Shown here in pieces: positions 24,471-36,974 of a DNA stretch of 64,000 nt (the first letter of the stretch is position 1; each line of letters opens with the position of its first letter). The DNA comes from Mobula hypostoma (taxonomy: Eukaryota), in assembly GCF_963921235.1 (NCBI RefSeq), contig NC_086108.1, positions 55,554,001 to 55,618,000 on the forward strand, written 5' to 3'. Made by a program: the position numbers and the translations under genes. Below the pieces are notes generated by a model that did no database searches, was not told the origin of the DNA, and saw nothing but the letters and a program-made list of their open reading frames with translations.

Positions 24471-24869
24471 ATTTTTTTCAGCTGCAGTAGTTATAAACAG
24501 AGGTATTTTATAATTCTCTTGGGAGCTTAACACGCAAAATACCAAGGGATTCTTTCTGTTGACCTAAAAAGACATTATCTGATTGAAATCATGTAAGATC
24601 AATTACAGAATAGGACTGGAACCTCGGAATACATAGTAAACAATGAAACTGTGGACGGTCTGCTTCCAGTAGCTTGCCTAAGCAGGAAAGGCACTAGAGA
24701 ATCAGCAGTGTTGTTGATTGCCATGTGTGCCACATTTGATGATGCTGCATGGATCACTGATGTGTAGGGAACAAACAGGGTGCGATACAAATTGAAAAGG
24801 AGAGCCATATAAAATAAAGAAATTGAGGGACCGTTTCTTTGAGCACTTTGTTCTAGCCGCTGCAAAAGG

Positions 24870-25290
24870 CAGCATCCCCGGTGACCACCTATTTCAATTC
24901 AACTTCCCATTCCTTTCCGAACATGTCTGTCCATGGCCACCTCTACTGTCGTGATGAGGCCATACACAGGTTGGTGATGCAATACCTGGTATTCCATCAC
25001 AGATACTAACCATTCCTCCATGGGCTCTGGACTCTGTCTGCACTTCTTTCTGCCTCAGTAAAGCAGCCAACATAATCAAAAACTCCACTTACCTCCTCCC
25101 CAACATCCTCTCTTCTATCCCCCCATTGGGTAGGAGATACAAAAACCTGAAAACATCTATTACCAGGTTCAAGGATAGCTTCTATCCCATTGTTATAAGA
25201 CTACTGAATGTTTCTCATGTGATAAGATGGACACTTGACCTCAGTCTACCTTGTGACTTTGCACATTTCCTCTATTCTGTAACAGTTTAT
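24870..25290 (+). mobile_element. Short Penelope fragment followed by a Rex1 3' fragment
   Basis: 24870-24995 parallels 60778-60900. 25020-25290 parallels Rex 3' regions (AAAGCAGCCAACATAATCAA...AGGATAGCTTCTATCCC). Confidence 0.6.
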
Positions 25291-26860
25291 TCTAACCTAT
25301 GACCCTAACCCCAATCTCCACTTTACAGCTATATTAACAAAGTTATATGTTTACACCACTGAATTTAGACATAATAAAAGAGATGAACAAATTTCAAATA
25401 TTGTAATGTTATGTCTAACAATAGTTAAAACGTAGTTGGCGACAGCCATCTTAAATTCATCTAAAGTACATTAATCATGTACTCAGAAAAGGATAAATCC
25501 AAGCAAATAATATATTACAACTGAAATTTTTTAAAAAACATTTTTTTCTATGATTTGTAAATATATATCAAACCCAGAGCTATATTAATATTAAGGCAAG
25601 CAAAAAAAAAATTAAATCAACCAGGTCCTGTGCAGACATCCATAAAATGTGGAACAGATTTTCTTCAAAGCAACTATAGAAATGTACTAACTAATAACAA
25701 ATTAAAAAAAAAATAAATCAACCAAGTCCTGTACGGACATCAATAAAACGTAGAACAGACTTTCCTCAAGGCATCTATAAACATCTCCCAGCTTGGGGTT
25801 GCCTATTCAAGCTGCATTCAACATGGATTTAAACCCCTTATTAAATTCCCAACCTTCATCTGGAGAGTTAATCTTCTGTGGCAGAGAGTCAGGTGGAAAA
25901 ATTATCAAACGTGCCGGATAACAGAGTGACAGGCGACATTTTATTTTATATAACTCAACCATCACTTCCCGGTATTTCCTTCTTTCGGCAAAAATCTCTG
26001 GAGCGAAATCTTCCACTATATGAATTTCTGCTGCATTGTAGATTAGCCTACCCCTTTTTCTTGCCCCTCAGAGTATAACTTCTTTGGTCGTAAAATAGTG
26101 CAGCCTATTTATCAGTGGTCATGGACGTAGTTCGGGTGAGAGCTTAGATCGTGAGATTCGATTAGCTTTATCGAGTACAGGGTATGCTTCAAGAAACTCG
26201 CTAAAAAGTGAATATAGCATATCTGAAAAGAACTTTAACAGGTCACCGGTTTCAGTATTTTCAGGCAAGCCCAATATACGTAAATTCCTCCTGCACATTC
26301 TGCTATCTAATCAATTGTTTTTTCCTTCGTACGTGATAATTCCAAAGTAACTTCATTAATTTTCTTTTCCATAGATGACATGTTCAATTCTTGCTCTTTA
26401 ATAGTTTGCCTGAATAACTCCTGTTCCCTCTCAATTCGATGAGTTGTCTGTTTGAGTGTCTGAAATTGAAAATCCAAATTCTTCAAAGATTCTTGAACAG
26501 TAGAGATGGATTTTTCAAGCTTTCCGTTAGCATCCATCAGTTTATCAATCTTTGTCAATCTTAGTGTTAAGCGAACCGAATTGGAGTTTTATATTTTGTA
26601 TTGAAGGGAGTATTCTTTCTAAAGTAGAAAGTTCCTACGATTTCTTTGTTTGTTCCGTTTGTTCTGTTTCGGAAAAGGTCTTGCCACCTCTCAATTCAAT
26701 ACCAGATCAACTTCCTGCCATCGTAGTTAAGTCATAAATCCTTCAATAAAAATAGTGAATCTTCAAACTTAAAATGGATCTATCAGTGGAATGTAAGATA
26801 TAAAAAATTAGAGCCGTGGTGAAAAACGCATCTCACTCGATTCGCTGCAAAATGGAGTAT
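25290..26860 (-). mobile_element. L1 5' portion: 5' UTR, decayed ORF1 and inter-ORF spacer
   Basis: Coiled-coil peptide (26307-26558), RRNLRILGLPE motif near 26260-26292, and EDFAPEIFAERRKYREV...SLCYPARLII (L1 ORF1 C-terminal domain). Confidence 0.85.
25607..25780. repeat. Two diverged ~75-bp direct repeats (period ~100 bp) in the L1 spacer
   Basis: TAAATCAACCAGGTCCTGTGCAGACATCCATAAAATGTGGAACAGATTTTC versus TAAATCAACCAAGTCCTGTACGGACATCAATAAAACGTAGAACAGACTTTC. Confidence 0.8.
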
Positions 26861-26959
26861 TCGAAAGGTTACTTTGCAGCCTGTCTTACCCTGACTGCCA
26901 TGAAGGAGACTGCAAATAACACAATTTGTCAAGGAGTCTCTCATCTTGAAGAGAGATCA

Positions 26960-27525
26960 TGACTGATGCCTGTTATGCAAGCAACACTTTTATACCCATA
27001 TATGAAGGAAAGCTGTCTAATCCTGCACAGCACTAAATAGATCAATTAGAGCATAAACATTTTAGATGACATGCCAAATCTGTACAAACCTCTAAGAAAA
27101 TAGAAGTGCTGAAATGCCGCCTTTGTGATGGCATTTAGTTGTTGGTCCCAGGACAAATCTTCTAATATGGTAACGCTAAGGAATTTCAACCACAGGTCAC
27201 ATAATGAGGCCTGGCTTATGGACCACTGGCTGCTTCTTCCTGTCATCAATAATCAGCTCCGTAGTTTTGCTGAAGTTGAGTGAAGGGTTTTTGTTCTGGC
27301 ACCATTCTACCAGATTTTCTGTCTCCCTCATATATGCCAATTTGTCACCATCTTATATACAGTATTGGAATTGTACTTAGTCACACAATCATAGGTATGA
27401 AGAGAGTAGAGTAGGGGACGAAGCAACACAGCCTTGTTGTGCACCTGTGCTGATGGTGAATGTTGTTGTCAATCTGTACTAACTGAGGCCTGCATGTGAC
27501 AAAATTGAGGATCCAGTTGCATCAC
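26960..27525 (-). mobile_element. Degenerate Rex1/Babar LINE fragment
   Basis: Peptide KFLSVTILEDLSWDQQLNAITKAAFQHFYFLRGLYRFGMS. Confidence 0.8.
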
Positions 27526-27839
27526 CTAACTTAAAGGTGACTAAACCAAGGCTAGCTTCTATTAGTGTTTATCTTTGACTTTTTGAATTGCATAGTTTCA
27601 ACTCATTAATTTTCTTCATCTTTAAAAGAGATTTCCTGTAAGTTTAAAACGGGCATCTAAGATTTTAAAAACTTGGAACTTTAGCATAATGGATGAGTAT
27701 TGTCTGGTGTCACATTAGTTAAGTAATTAGCAGATCTTCTATGGCATTACTGATGATTTCCCAGATAGTATGGAGTTGCAAAGGGAAGGTATGGGTATTT
27801 ATTACATTGAAAGCAACTGGACACTTACAGTTGGAGAAA

Positions 27840-28215
27840 TTCAATTCTGTAGCACAGAATCAGGCCTCTTTGTCCTAGCTTGTCTTTACCACACTATTAG
27901 TCTGCCTAGTCCCATCAACCAGCACCTAGACCATAGCCCTCCATATCTCCCCCATCCATGTACCTATCCACATTTCGCTAAAATGTTGAAATCACACCAG
28001 CATCCACCACTTCCGTTGGCAGCTCACTTCATGCTCTCACCACCCTCTGAGGGAAGAGGTTCCCTCTTATGTTCCCTTCTTAAACATTTCACCTTTAACC
28101 CATAACCTACGACCTCCAGTTCTAGTCTCGCCCAACCTCAGTGGAAAAAGCCTGTTTACATTTTACCCTATCTATACCCCTCATAGTTTTGTGTATCTCT
28201 ATCAAATCTCCCCTC
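27840..28215 (-). mobile_element. CR1 3' fragment
   Basis: GTAGCACAGAATCAGGCCTCTT...CACCACCCTCTGAG...ACCCTATCTATACCCCTCAT...TATCAAATCTCCCCTCA is the reverse-complement CR1 3' region. Confidence 0.75.
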
Positions 28216-28486
28216 AAATGAAGCTTTTAAGTAACAGATACAAATTTATTAAAATTCTCAGCACATAAGGCAGAATACATTCTTTGTCTTTCTTTCTAGT
28301 CTTTTACCTCACTTCATAAAATTTGAAGGCCTGTATTTCTGAGTGGTGATGACAATGAAACTATTAGAATATACCAACATAACTCCATAAAACTGATGGA
28401 ATTCTGGGAGGACTCTCTGGCCCTAAAAAGTGAATTTCATATACTTAAAGAAAACCCTGTGATTTTCCATCTCCCAGGGAGAATGA

Positions 28487-29490
28487 AAATCTAGCTGAGT
28501 GGTGTCATAACAACAACCTCTTACTGAAGGCAACATACACAAAAATGCTGGAGGAACTCAGCAGGCCAGGCAGCATCTATGGAAAGGAGTAAACAAGCAA
28601 CGTTTCTGGGTGAGACCCTTCATCAGAATCTCTTACTCAATGTCAGCAAGACTAAAAAGCTGAATATTGACCTCAGGAGGAGGAAACCAGAAGTCCATGA
28701 GCCAGTACTCAACAGAGGATCAGAGTTGGAGAGGGTTAGCAAATTTAAATTCCTTAATGTTATTATTTCGGAGGTCCTATCCTGGACCCAGCAAGTGAGA
28801 GCAATTACAAAGAAAGCGTGCCAGGGCGTCTACTTCCTAAGGAGTTTGTGTAGAGTTGGAAGGACATCTAAAACTTTGGCTAACTTCGAGAGATGTGCAG
28901 TGGAGACTATATTGACTGGCTGCATCATGGCCTGGTATGGATACACTAATGCTGTTGAACAGAAAATCCTACAAAAAGTAGCGGATTGAGCCCTGTCCAT
29001 CATGGGTAAAGCCCTCCCCATTATTGAACTCATCTACACGAAACGCTGACACAGGAAAGCAACATCCATCATCAGGGATCCCCACCACTTAGGGCTTCTC
29101 CCTTTTCACTGCTGCCATCAGAAAGAAGGTACAGGAGCCTCAGGACTCACATCACTATCCTCAAATATCAGGCTCTTGAAGCAAAGGGGATAACTTCACT
29201 TAACTTCACTTAACCCATCATTGAAATGTTCCCACAACCTATGGACTCACTTTCAAGGGCTCTTCATCTCATGTTCTCGATATTTGTTGTGTATTTATTT
29301 ATTTATTATTTTCTCTTTTGTATCTGTACAGTTTTGCACACTGGTCGTCTGCCCTGTTGGTGTAGTCTTTCATTGATTCTATTACGGTTATTGGATTTAT
29401 TGAGTATGCCCACAAGAAAATGAATTTCAGGGTCGTATAAAGTGCCATATATGTACTTTGATAAAAATTTACATTGAACTTTGAAGTTTG
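28487..29490 (+). mobile_element. Rex1/Babar 3' fragment with nested Penelope terminal piece (about 28528-28626, minus)
   Basis: Peptide LNVSKTKKLNIDLRR...FKFLNVIISEVLSW...VETILTGCIMAWYG. The insert is flanked by AACCTCTTACT/AATCTCTTACT. Confidence 0.85.
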
Positions 29491-30911
29491 AATTTTTTAA
29501 TTTATACAAGATGTGAAAAGATTTACCCTTAGCTTTTGGCATTTCTGTCTCTCCCTGATCATCTGTATATGTTACAATCTTTGCATTTATAAATATAATT
29601 AAAACTTGCACATTTGGTTTGTTGCTGTGGCCTGCAAGTTACTAAGAAAGATCAAGTGCTCAGTGAGCTTGATGATAGTAGTTAGGTAATGAGGAGTTTG
29701 AAGTAATAGTCATTGGCAGTAACTGTCAAAAAAGATGTCCTTAATTGCTGGATTAAGGAATTGCTGGATTACTCTTTGAGGTCAGAAGTGAGCACCGTTG
29801 CTCCATCCCTCACATAAATTGTGGGTCATGAATTAAAATCACTTTCATTTACATTTATACATGAAAAGATTTCTCAATTCATAATCCAGATCATTTTAAT
29901 TTGATAGGTAAAGTTTTCTTCTTTAGCTTTGGGAAGAGTGGCGACCACAAAAATTCATGTCCCGAGTGTCAGTTTTGGATATCCCATCTTGATAGCCTGT
30001 CAAAGATGGACGTGATTGGGCAGCACAGGCTCGTTCTGCTGGAAAGACCTGTTGCTGTGCTGTACCTCTAAATAAAAATTTAAAAATATGTGGTGTCCAG
30101 TCCCTTTCACCACTGCCACAAGAACAGAAAGCTGCCCCAAGCCAGTCCATTCTACTTGAAGAGGTTGTTTCTACATGTATAATCTTTGGACAAGTCCACA
30201 GCGGACTTGGAATTCAAGGTTCAGTGCACATCATTTGTGAAAGAAGACCACTACCCAGTAGCTTCAGCCAAATTATCTGTGGAGCAATATTTCAGCTTTT
30301 ATTTTTAAATGCAGAAGAATTTGTAGACTGGATATGCTAGAATGAGATGAGAGTACATGTAGGTTTTATAATGGCAGGCCTTTTATGCATGAAATGCACA
30401 GTAAAATGGCTGAGAGATCTCTGATCTCCAGTAGGTAGCCATAAATTTTCCTTGGCAACATGAAAGACTGCAGATACTGGAATCTGTGGCATTGAACAAT
30501 CTGATCAAAGATGGCACAGGCGATACACTGCCATGCTGTGCAGGCAGCTAACAAGACTACTAATAATTCTACTAAATGCAATCCTTTTTGGGACTACAAT
30601 CACTGCTATTCGCAGCTTATAATTTCCCACAGGGGCATGTGCTTTTGAACTATCTGTATGACCTGGCATTTTTAGTGGTATCCTGAAGGATTTGGCGAAC
30701 TGGACTCTTGAGAAAGCTGGTACGGCTATGGCAGCCATTGCTGGAGCGGACCCGGGGCCAGACTGAAGCAGTGGGGCCTGGGCCTGAGAGCTGATAGCAA
30801 ACCAATGTTCGGCTGATTTAAGCGTCAAGCCAGATTAAAAAGATTAAGGTGAAGAGAATGAGGGCAAAGAATGAACTGATGTTCAGCTCACTTCTCTGTG
30901 AGACTTTACTT

Positions 30912-31110
30912 GCCTCAGCACTGAACTGACTCTGCATCTGTGGCCTGCAGCCATCAGCACTCACCTCAGCACTGAGCCTGGCTCCACAGCTGTGGGCTGT
31001 GGCCTGCAGCCATCGGCACTCACCTCAGCACTGAATCTGGCTCCATGGCTGTGGGCTGTGAGCTGTGTCCTGCAGCCATCAGCATTCACCTCAGAGCTGA
31101 CCCTGGCATT
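30912..31110. repeat. GC-rich minisatellite, ~60-bp unit x3
   Basis: Repeated CTGTGGCCTGCAGCCATC(A/G)GCACTCACCTCAGCACTGA..CTGGCTCCA..GCTGTGGG. Confidence 0.85.
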
Positions 31111-31944
31111 ATATTCTTGTTGCAACTGTGAACTCGTTATGATGCAGCAATGCCATCATCATGCCATTGAAATATTAATGTTTAGTGATAACTGGTTCCA
31201 ATTGCCTATGTCCATAGCTACTGATAGCTTAGGAGAAGGATACAGCATGAAAAGTGGGTGGTTAATTAAGGAAATAAATGGACTAAGAGCAGAAATGTAA
31301 AGTTGAAAATAGATCAGTGAGGTTCTTTCCATTTACAACACAAATCTAACAGTTTTTCAGCTTTGACAGGGCTGCTTATGGCAATTGGCTAGCAATTTTG
31401 CAGCAATTGCTAATATGGCTCAGCTCTTCCTTGACACAAATTGCTAGTGTTTTAAAACAATAATGATAGTCTGCACTGTAAACTGTTATTTTCCCAGCAA
31501 TCTTTGAGTATTTCCCTGTAAGAGTGGGGCTGTGTTCTTCCATGTTTTGGAGTAAGCATGAACTTCAATCTCTCCAAGTTTAATTATTGCTTGAACTAGC
31601 TTTGCTAGATTTTGCAGAATTCACTTTGAAAATCGGCAAGTACATTGTTGAAAAAAGGAAAATAGCACGGACAGTGAAAGCAGTAGTCTAGCAATTAGAT
31701 CACATAGTGTAGGGCTTTTCCTCACCATAATTTAATTTTTATATTTCAGATTTAAATTATGAAAGGATGGTGCCGTTGGTGAAATACATTGTGAACACCA
31801 TGTAATGTACACTAATTTAATGTACAGTATGAACATGGAGTGTTGCCATATGTAGAACAATATTTGAAACATTGGCAGCTGCAATTGGTCAGGATTTATT
31901 CCTTGAGAAGTATGAGTGACCATTTGTGGAAGCCCATTTACATT

Positions 31945-32835
31945 GCCTCCATTTCCCATGCATCAACGCTCACCCCATCTTCCTGCCACTTTTATAGTGA
32001 TAGAGTCCCTCTTGCCCTCACCTACCACCCCAACAGCCTCCGCAACCAACACATTATCCTCTGCAAATTCCACCATTTCCGAAGGGATCTTAGCACCGAA
32101 AATCTCTTTATCTTCCCCCTCTCTCTCCACTTTCTGCAGGGGTTGTTCCCTCCACAATTCCCTTGTCCAGTTGTCCCTCCATTCAGGGCCCCAAACTGTC
32201 CTTCCCAGTGAGGCAACATTTCTCCTGTAAACCTGCTGAAGTTGTCTATTGTGTCTGGTGGTCCTGATGCGGCCTCCTCTACTTTTGTGAGACACATTGT
32301 ATATTGGGGGACAGCCTTGTTGAGCACCTCTGCACCATCCACCACAAGTGGAACTTCCCAGTGGCCAAACATTTTAATTTTGATTCCGATTCTGTTCTGA
32401 CTGGCCAGTCCATGGTCTCCTCTTGTGCCTAAATGAGGTACGTTCAGGTTGCAGGAGCAGCACCTCTGGGTACCCTCTAACCTGATGGCATGAATATCGG
32501 TTTCTCCTTTTAGTAAAACAAATTCCCTCCTCCCGCTTTCTCTATTCCCTACTTTGACCTACCCATTACTTTTCACTGGGTCCCCTCCTCCTTCCCTTTC
32601 TCCTACTGTCCACTCTCCTCTCCTATCAGATAGTTCCTTCTCCAGCCCTTGACCTTTCCCATCCAGCTGGCTTCACCTATCACCTTCCAGCTAGCATCTT
32701 TCCCCTCTCCCCTCCTTTTTATTCTGGCATCATCTCTCTTCCTTCTCAGTCCTGAAGAAGGGTCTTGGCCCAAAACATTGACTGTTTATTCTTTTCCATA
32801 GATATTGCCTGACCTGCTGAGTTCCTCCAGAGTTC
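31945..32835 (+). mobile_element. Degenerate Penelope-like element (RT end, GIY-YIG region, terminal repeat)
   Basis: Peptide DRVPLALTYHPNSL...IILCKFHHF, homology to 60610-60930, and terminus CAGTCCTGAAGAAGGGTCTTGGCCCAAAACATTGACTG. Confidence 0.85.
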
Positions 32836-33797
32836 TAGAATTCCGTTCCCTGCTGTTCCTTAAGAGCTATCAGTTATTTGCCTTGATCGCTGCATTCTAC
32901 TGAAATGATCTTTGGAGGCTGTATGACTGCTCAAGAGAACACTATGAGCTGATAAAATGACTGAGTTTGGTGCAATGTTATTGCTCTGTTTATTCCCTAG
33001 AAATTTAATTGCATAATGCTTTTTTTAGCATTGTGCAATTAAAATTAATTTCTCTCTCCCCATTCTCCAAACCAAAAACTTGGTTTGCATCACTTGAGAA
33101 ATTGGATAGGGCACTTCTGAACATAGAAACAGGAAAAAATAATCCTGGAGGAACTCTGTGAGTCAAGCAACATTTTTGGGGGATGATAGGGAATTGTTGG
33201 TATACCAAGATTGAGTGGAACATCTAAACACACAGCACTCTCTTCATTTTGGACTAATCCCAACCAAGCTGTCAAGGTTGGTGCCTTTCTAATCAGACAG
33301 ACTAACCTCTACCTTGCAGACATCACGATCTTTCTCTTTCACAGTGTCAAACTTCATGGTGCCCTAACCCCACATTTCCTGCTTTATTTCTTAAACCAAA
33401 ATCCACAAGGAGTACTGTCTTGGTAGGACCATTACCTCTGCTTCTCTGGCCTCACTGAATTTATCTGTTCATACTTTGGTCCACTTAAAGGGCATCTCTG
33501 TACCCCCACTCCTCCTCCACCCCCCAACAACTACTTTGTCTTCTAACTCTTGCCAGAATTCTCTGCTTTAAGCAGAGAACGGTTCCATAAGATCCATTAC
33601 TTGCTTTAGCCAGAATCATATCATCTACAAAGGTATTTATATGATTACCCTAAAAACCTTCATAGAGAGCGCCCTGATTAAAGTATCTATACTTGAAACT
33701 GGAGATCACTATAACTTAATGGCTTACCTCAGTTCTAGTCAAGCAGAAATGCTTTAAGTGTGCAGTACCCTTAGAATCATAACAGTTTGAATACTTC

Positions 33798-34024
33798 GTA
33801 AACAACAGGAATTCTGCAGATGCTGGAAATTCAAGCAACATACATCAAAGTTGCTGGTGAACGCAGCAGGCCAAGCAGCATCTATAGGAAGAGGCGCAGT
33901 CTACGTTTCAGGCCGAGACCCTTCGTCAGGACCTGACGAAGGGTCTCGGCCTGAAACGTAGACTGCGCCTCTTCCTATAGATGCTGCTTGGCCTGCTGCG
34001 TTCACCAGCAACTTTGATGTATGT
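33798..34024. mobile_element. Penelope-derived perfect fold-back element with 14-bp TSD
   Basis: Perfect 93-bp inverted arms 33838-33930 and 33932-34024 with a 1-nt spacer. TSD AGTTTGAATACTTC at 33784-33797 and 34025-34038. Confidence 0.93.
33898..33933 (-). ncRNA. Minimal type I hammerhead ribozyme motif (minus-strand arm)
   Basis: Minus strand reads GGUC-CUGACGA-AGGGUCUCGGCCU-GAAA-CG-UA-GACU: complete core, 4-bp stem I, NUH triplet GUA. Confidence 0.65.
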
Positions 34025-36974
34025 AGTTTGAATACTTCATCGCTTTTTGCCAAGCAATGTATTTTTATCAGAGGGACCAATTAAGATAAAAAAAAACACT
34101 TCTGATTTTCCAAGTTTAGACTTGGCAACATATTGCTACAGTGAATGTTGAGACACAAAGGCAGTGTGGACGCTGCAGTGGTATTCCAGAGTGGTCAGGT
34201 GACAGGATGGGGGCGGGACTAGTCCATGCAGAGGTTTTCTCCTTAGATCTTACAGCAATCAAAACAAAGAGTGCATTATGTTCTTGGATGTAGTGCCCGG
34301 CAAGCATACAGCTGTGCGTAGATAATTATTTGCAATGACATAACAATCCTCATCACAGATTACCAGGATAGCAGACTACATTTTATCCCTATCACACTTC
34401 CAGTATCATCACATGGTCCCATGGTCTTTGCACTTTATTTGTCTACTTGCACTATACTTCCTCTGTAATTGTAACGCTCTTTTTTGCTTTTTGTCTTTCT
34501 TTACCATTTCGATGCAATTATGTATGGCATGTTCTGATTGGATGTCCCACTAAACAAAAGTTTTTCACTGTGTCTTGGTACATGTGACAATAATATACCA
34601 ATAACAATACCACTCTCAGGTCTGGAGGACGTTGTAAACTTTATTGCCCTATTTTCATAAGGAAGGAGACCATTTTGCATACCATTTGAACCTTTGCGGC
34701 AACTTCTGCTTGTTGCAGATTACCTTATCTGCAAGACGCAGGCGAAAGTAAAATCAAAGAGCTGTTACGATAATTGTGATCCATTTCTGTATTGGAATGA
34801 TCTGCAGTAGACTCAAGTATTTCCAGAACTGAAAATTAGATAAGAGTGTTTCACTGCTCAGCTGGAGGTGTTTATTTAAAAAATATAATTTAACTTTGTG
34901 AAATTGATTGCGTGATATTGATTGATGCTAGGTATTAATTAATGTGCATAGATCAACTGTACAATCCTAATGAGGTGGTGTGGAGAATGCTCTGTATCAA
35001 GATTCTGGTGATTCAACTGATGTCCTTTCATACTTTTCAAGTTCAATAACATTTTCTCATAATGGATTTGAACCTTAGTTTCAGCCTCACCTTCTCTCGC
35101 TGTTTCTTCTGGCTTTCTGACTTTTTCAATAATTTTCCTCCCTCCCTGCTGTGATTTTCTATTAATGACAACTGGAAAAGGCAGTTGATTAAAATCAAGC
35201 AAACAAACTCTTTGATTATATTTGTGTTTCTTCAGAAATCCTTAACCCATTGCTTTCTAATAGGGTTTAGTCCAGTGTTGATTTCATTTAATTACAAATC
35301 CCAGGGGCACTGGTAACAGCACCAATAGTGGAGATTTGTGCAGAAAGGAACCCCGCAATGCTAATAGCTAGTATCAAATAACTGCAGTAAAGTGAAGAAG
35401 TAACAAAAGAAACCCCAGATTTATAAGTTTAGAATGCACAGTAAGCAACTTTATGAAAAACAATTGGTGCCAGCCTCTAAAGCAGATGTTTAGCAATCAG
35501 TGTGGAAGTGGCGTGTATTTTAAATATAAAGGGAATACTTTGCTGAACCTATTTAAAATCCTTGCATTAATTTGCTGTTAGCAACTCCTACACAAGTTTA
35601 ATGTGGCCTTTGTGAAGATCACTTTACCTGGCACTAGGTCCTTGGAAAAGTTGAGTAATTGGACTGATCTGAGAGGAGTTAAGGATCTTTCATGACACTT
35701 CCACTTTAGATAAATTATCAATGAGCCCAAGACTTTGTAAGTTGCGTATGTTGGAAGAGAATTTTGTTTTTGGGCATTTCCATATTTCACTCAATGTTGG
35801 GTGTTTTGGTAAAGATCTTTCTTTTGATATTTTGTTTCTTCTTCTTGTCAAGATTGTTTTTAGTTTGCATAGCATTGTGAAAATTGATGCACTTGGGTGT
35901 TGCTTCAGTGTGTTGTAAAATAACTTGTCACTTCATATAAGGAGAAGAAACTCATAACTCACTAATTGCAGCTGCAATGACACCTGAAGCTTTCAATTTC
36001 TCCCCAATGAGATCCATAAGAATCAATGCCAACTGAAATATGTTTACCTTTACCACTTAATGAGGCAAGCTGCCTTGAATTGGTAACATCCAATGTGCAA
36101 TTTCTAGGTAGTATTTGAAATAATGACAATGCTTCTTGTAGAAGTAATGGTTTTTTTTACATTTACTTGTGTTATATGTAGAAAGCTTCACAGAGACGTA
36201 CAATGCAGAAGACCCATTGTTTTATGTTTTTCTTGAGAAAATTATGTTTTCAGTCCTGCTCCCTTAGACTTCTTCCCATGTTTGTCTAAATATTTTAGTC
36301 AAAGTTTTTATTTAAATCCCTTTTAAAAGTTATGTCTCATATCTGATAGTACCAGTTTGATATTTCCTGTCAGCTTCTATTTAGGTGAGGGGCAGCAATG
36401 GTCTCAAGTTTCCTGTGAAAATGAGGCATCCACTGAACATGACATGAAGCCTTTAACTGAAGGTCTTTGACTAAGTGCAAGATACCACCAATGAAAACCA
36501 TGAGAGAATAAGATTTATTCAAATATAAACCATATGACTTCTACCCTAAGAATAAGTTTGCACTTAATATGCAAAGTCTGGCCTTTGAAATCATCAGGAC
36601 ACATGAAAAGTCAATGTATAGGAGTAGCCACGTTGTGAATGTATTTTTAGAAGTAGAGAAAATCTTGATTAGGTTTGCCACATTAGATAGTCTACCTATA
36701 ATCACCATCCTCTTGGTTCAAGAAAATTATTCATATCTGATAAAAGTGGGAAAGAGGCTTTCTGTTATCAGTCAGTATTGAAGAAGCTTTAGGTATAAAG
36801 GTAATCAATTAAAAAGTTAGATCAGGTCATTCCATAGTGATGCAGGTCTAATTAGATCTGAAGAATTGCTTTTTAGATACTTCAGTCTACTTTGTTTTGG
36901 ACCTGACATTCCTCCTCTCGGGTATTCTGTTGATCTCCATGCTCTTCCTTCTCCTTGTGGCTTTAATTATTTGA

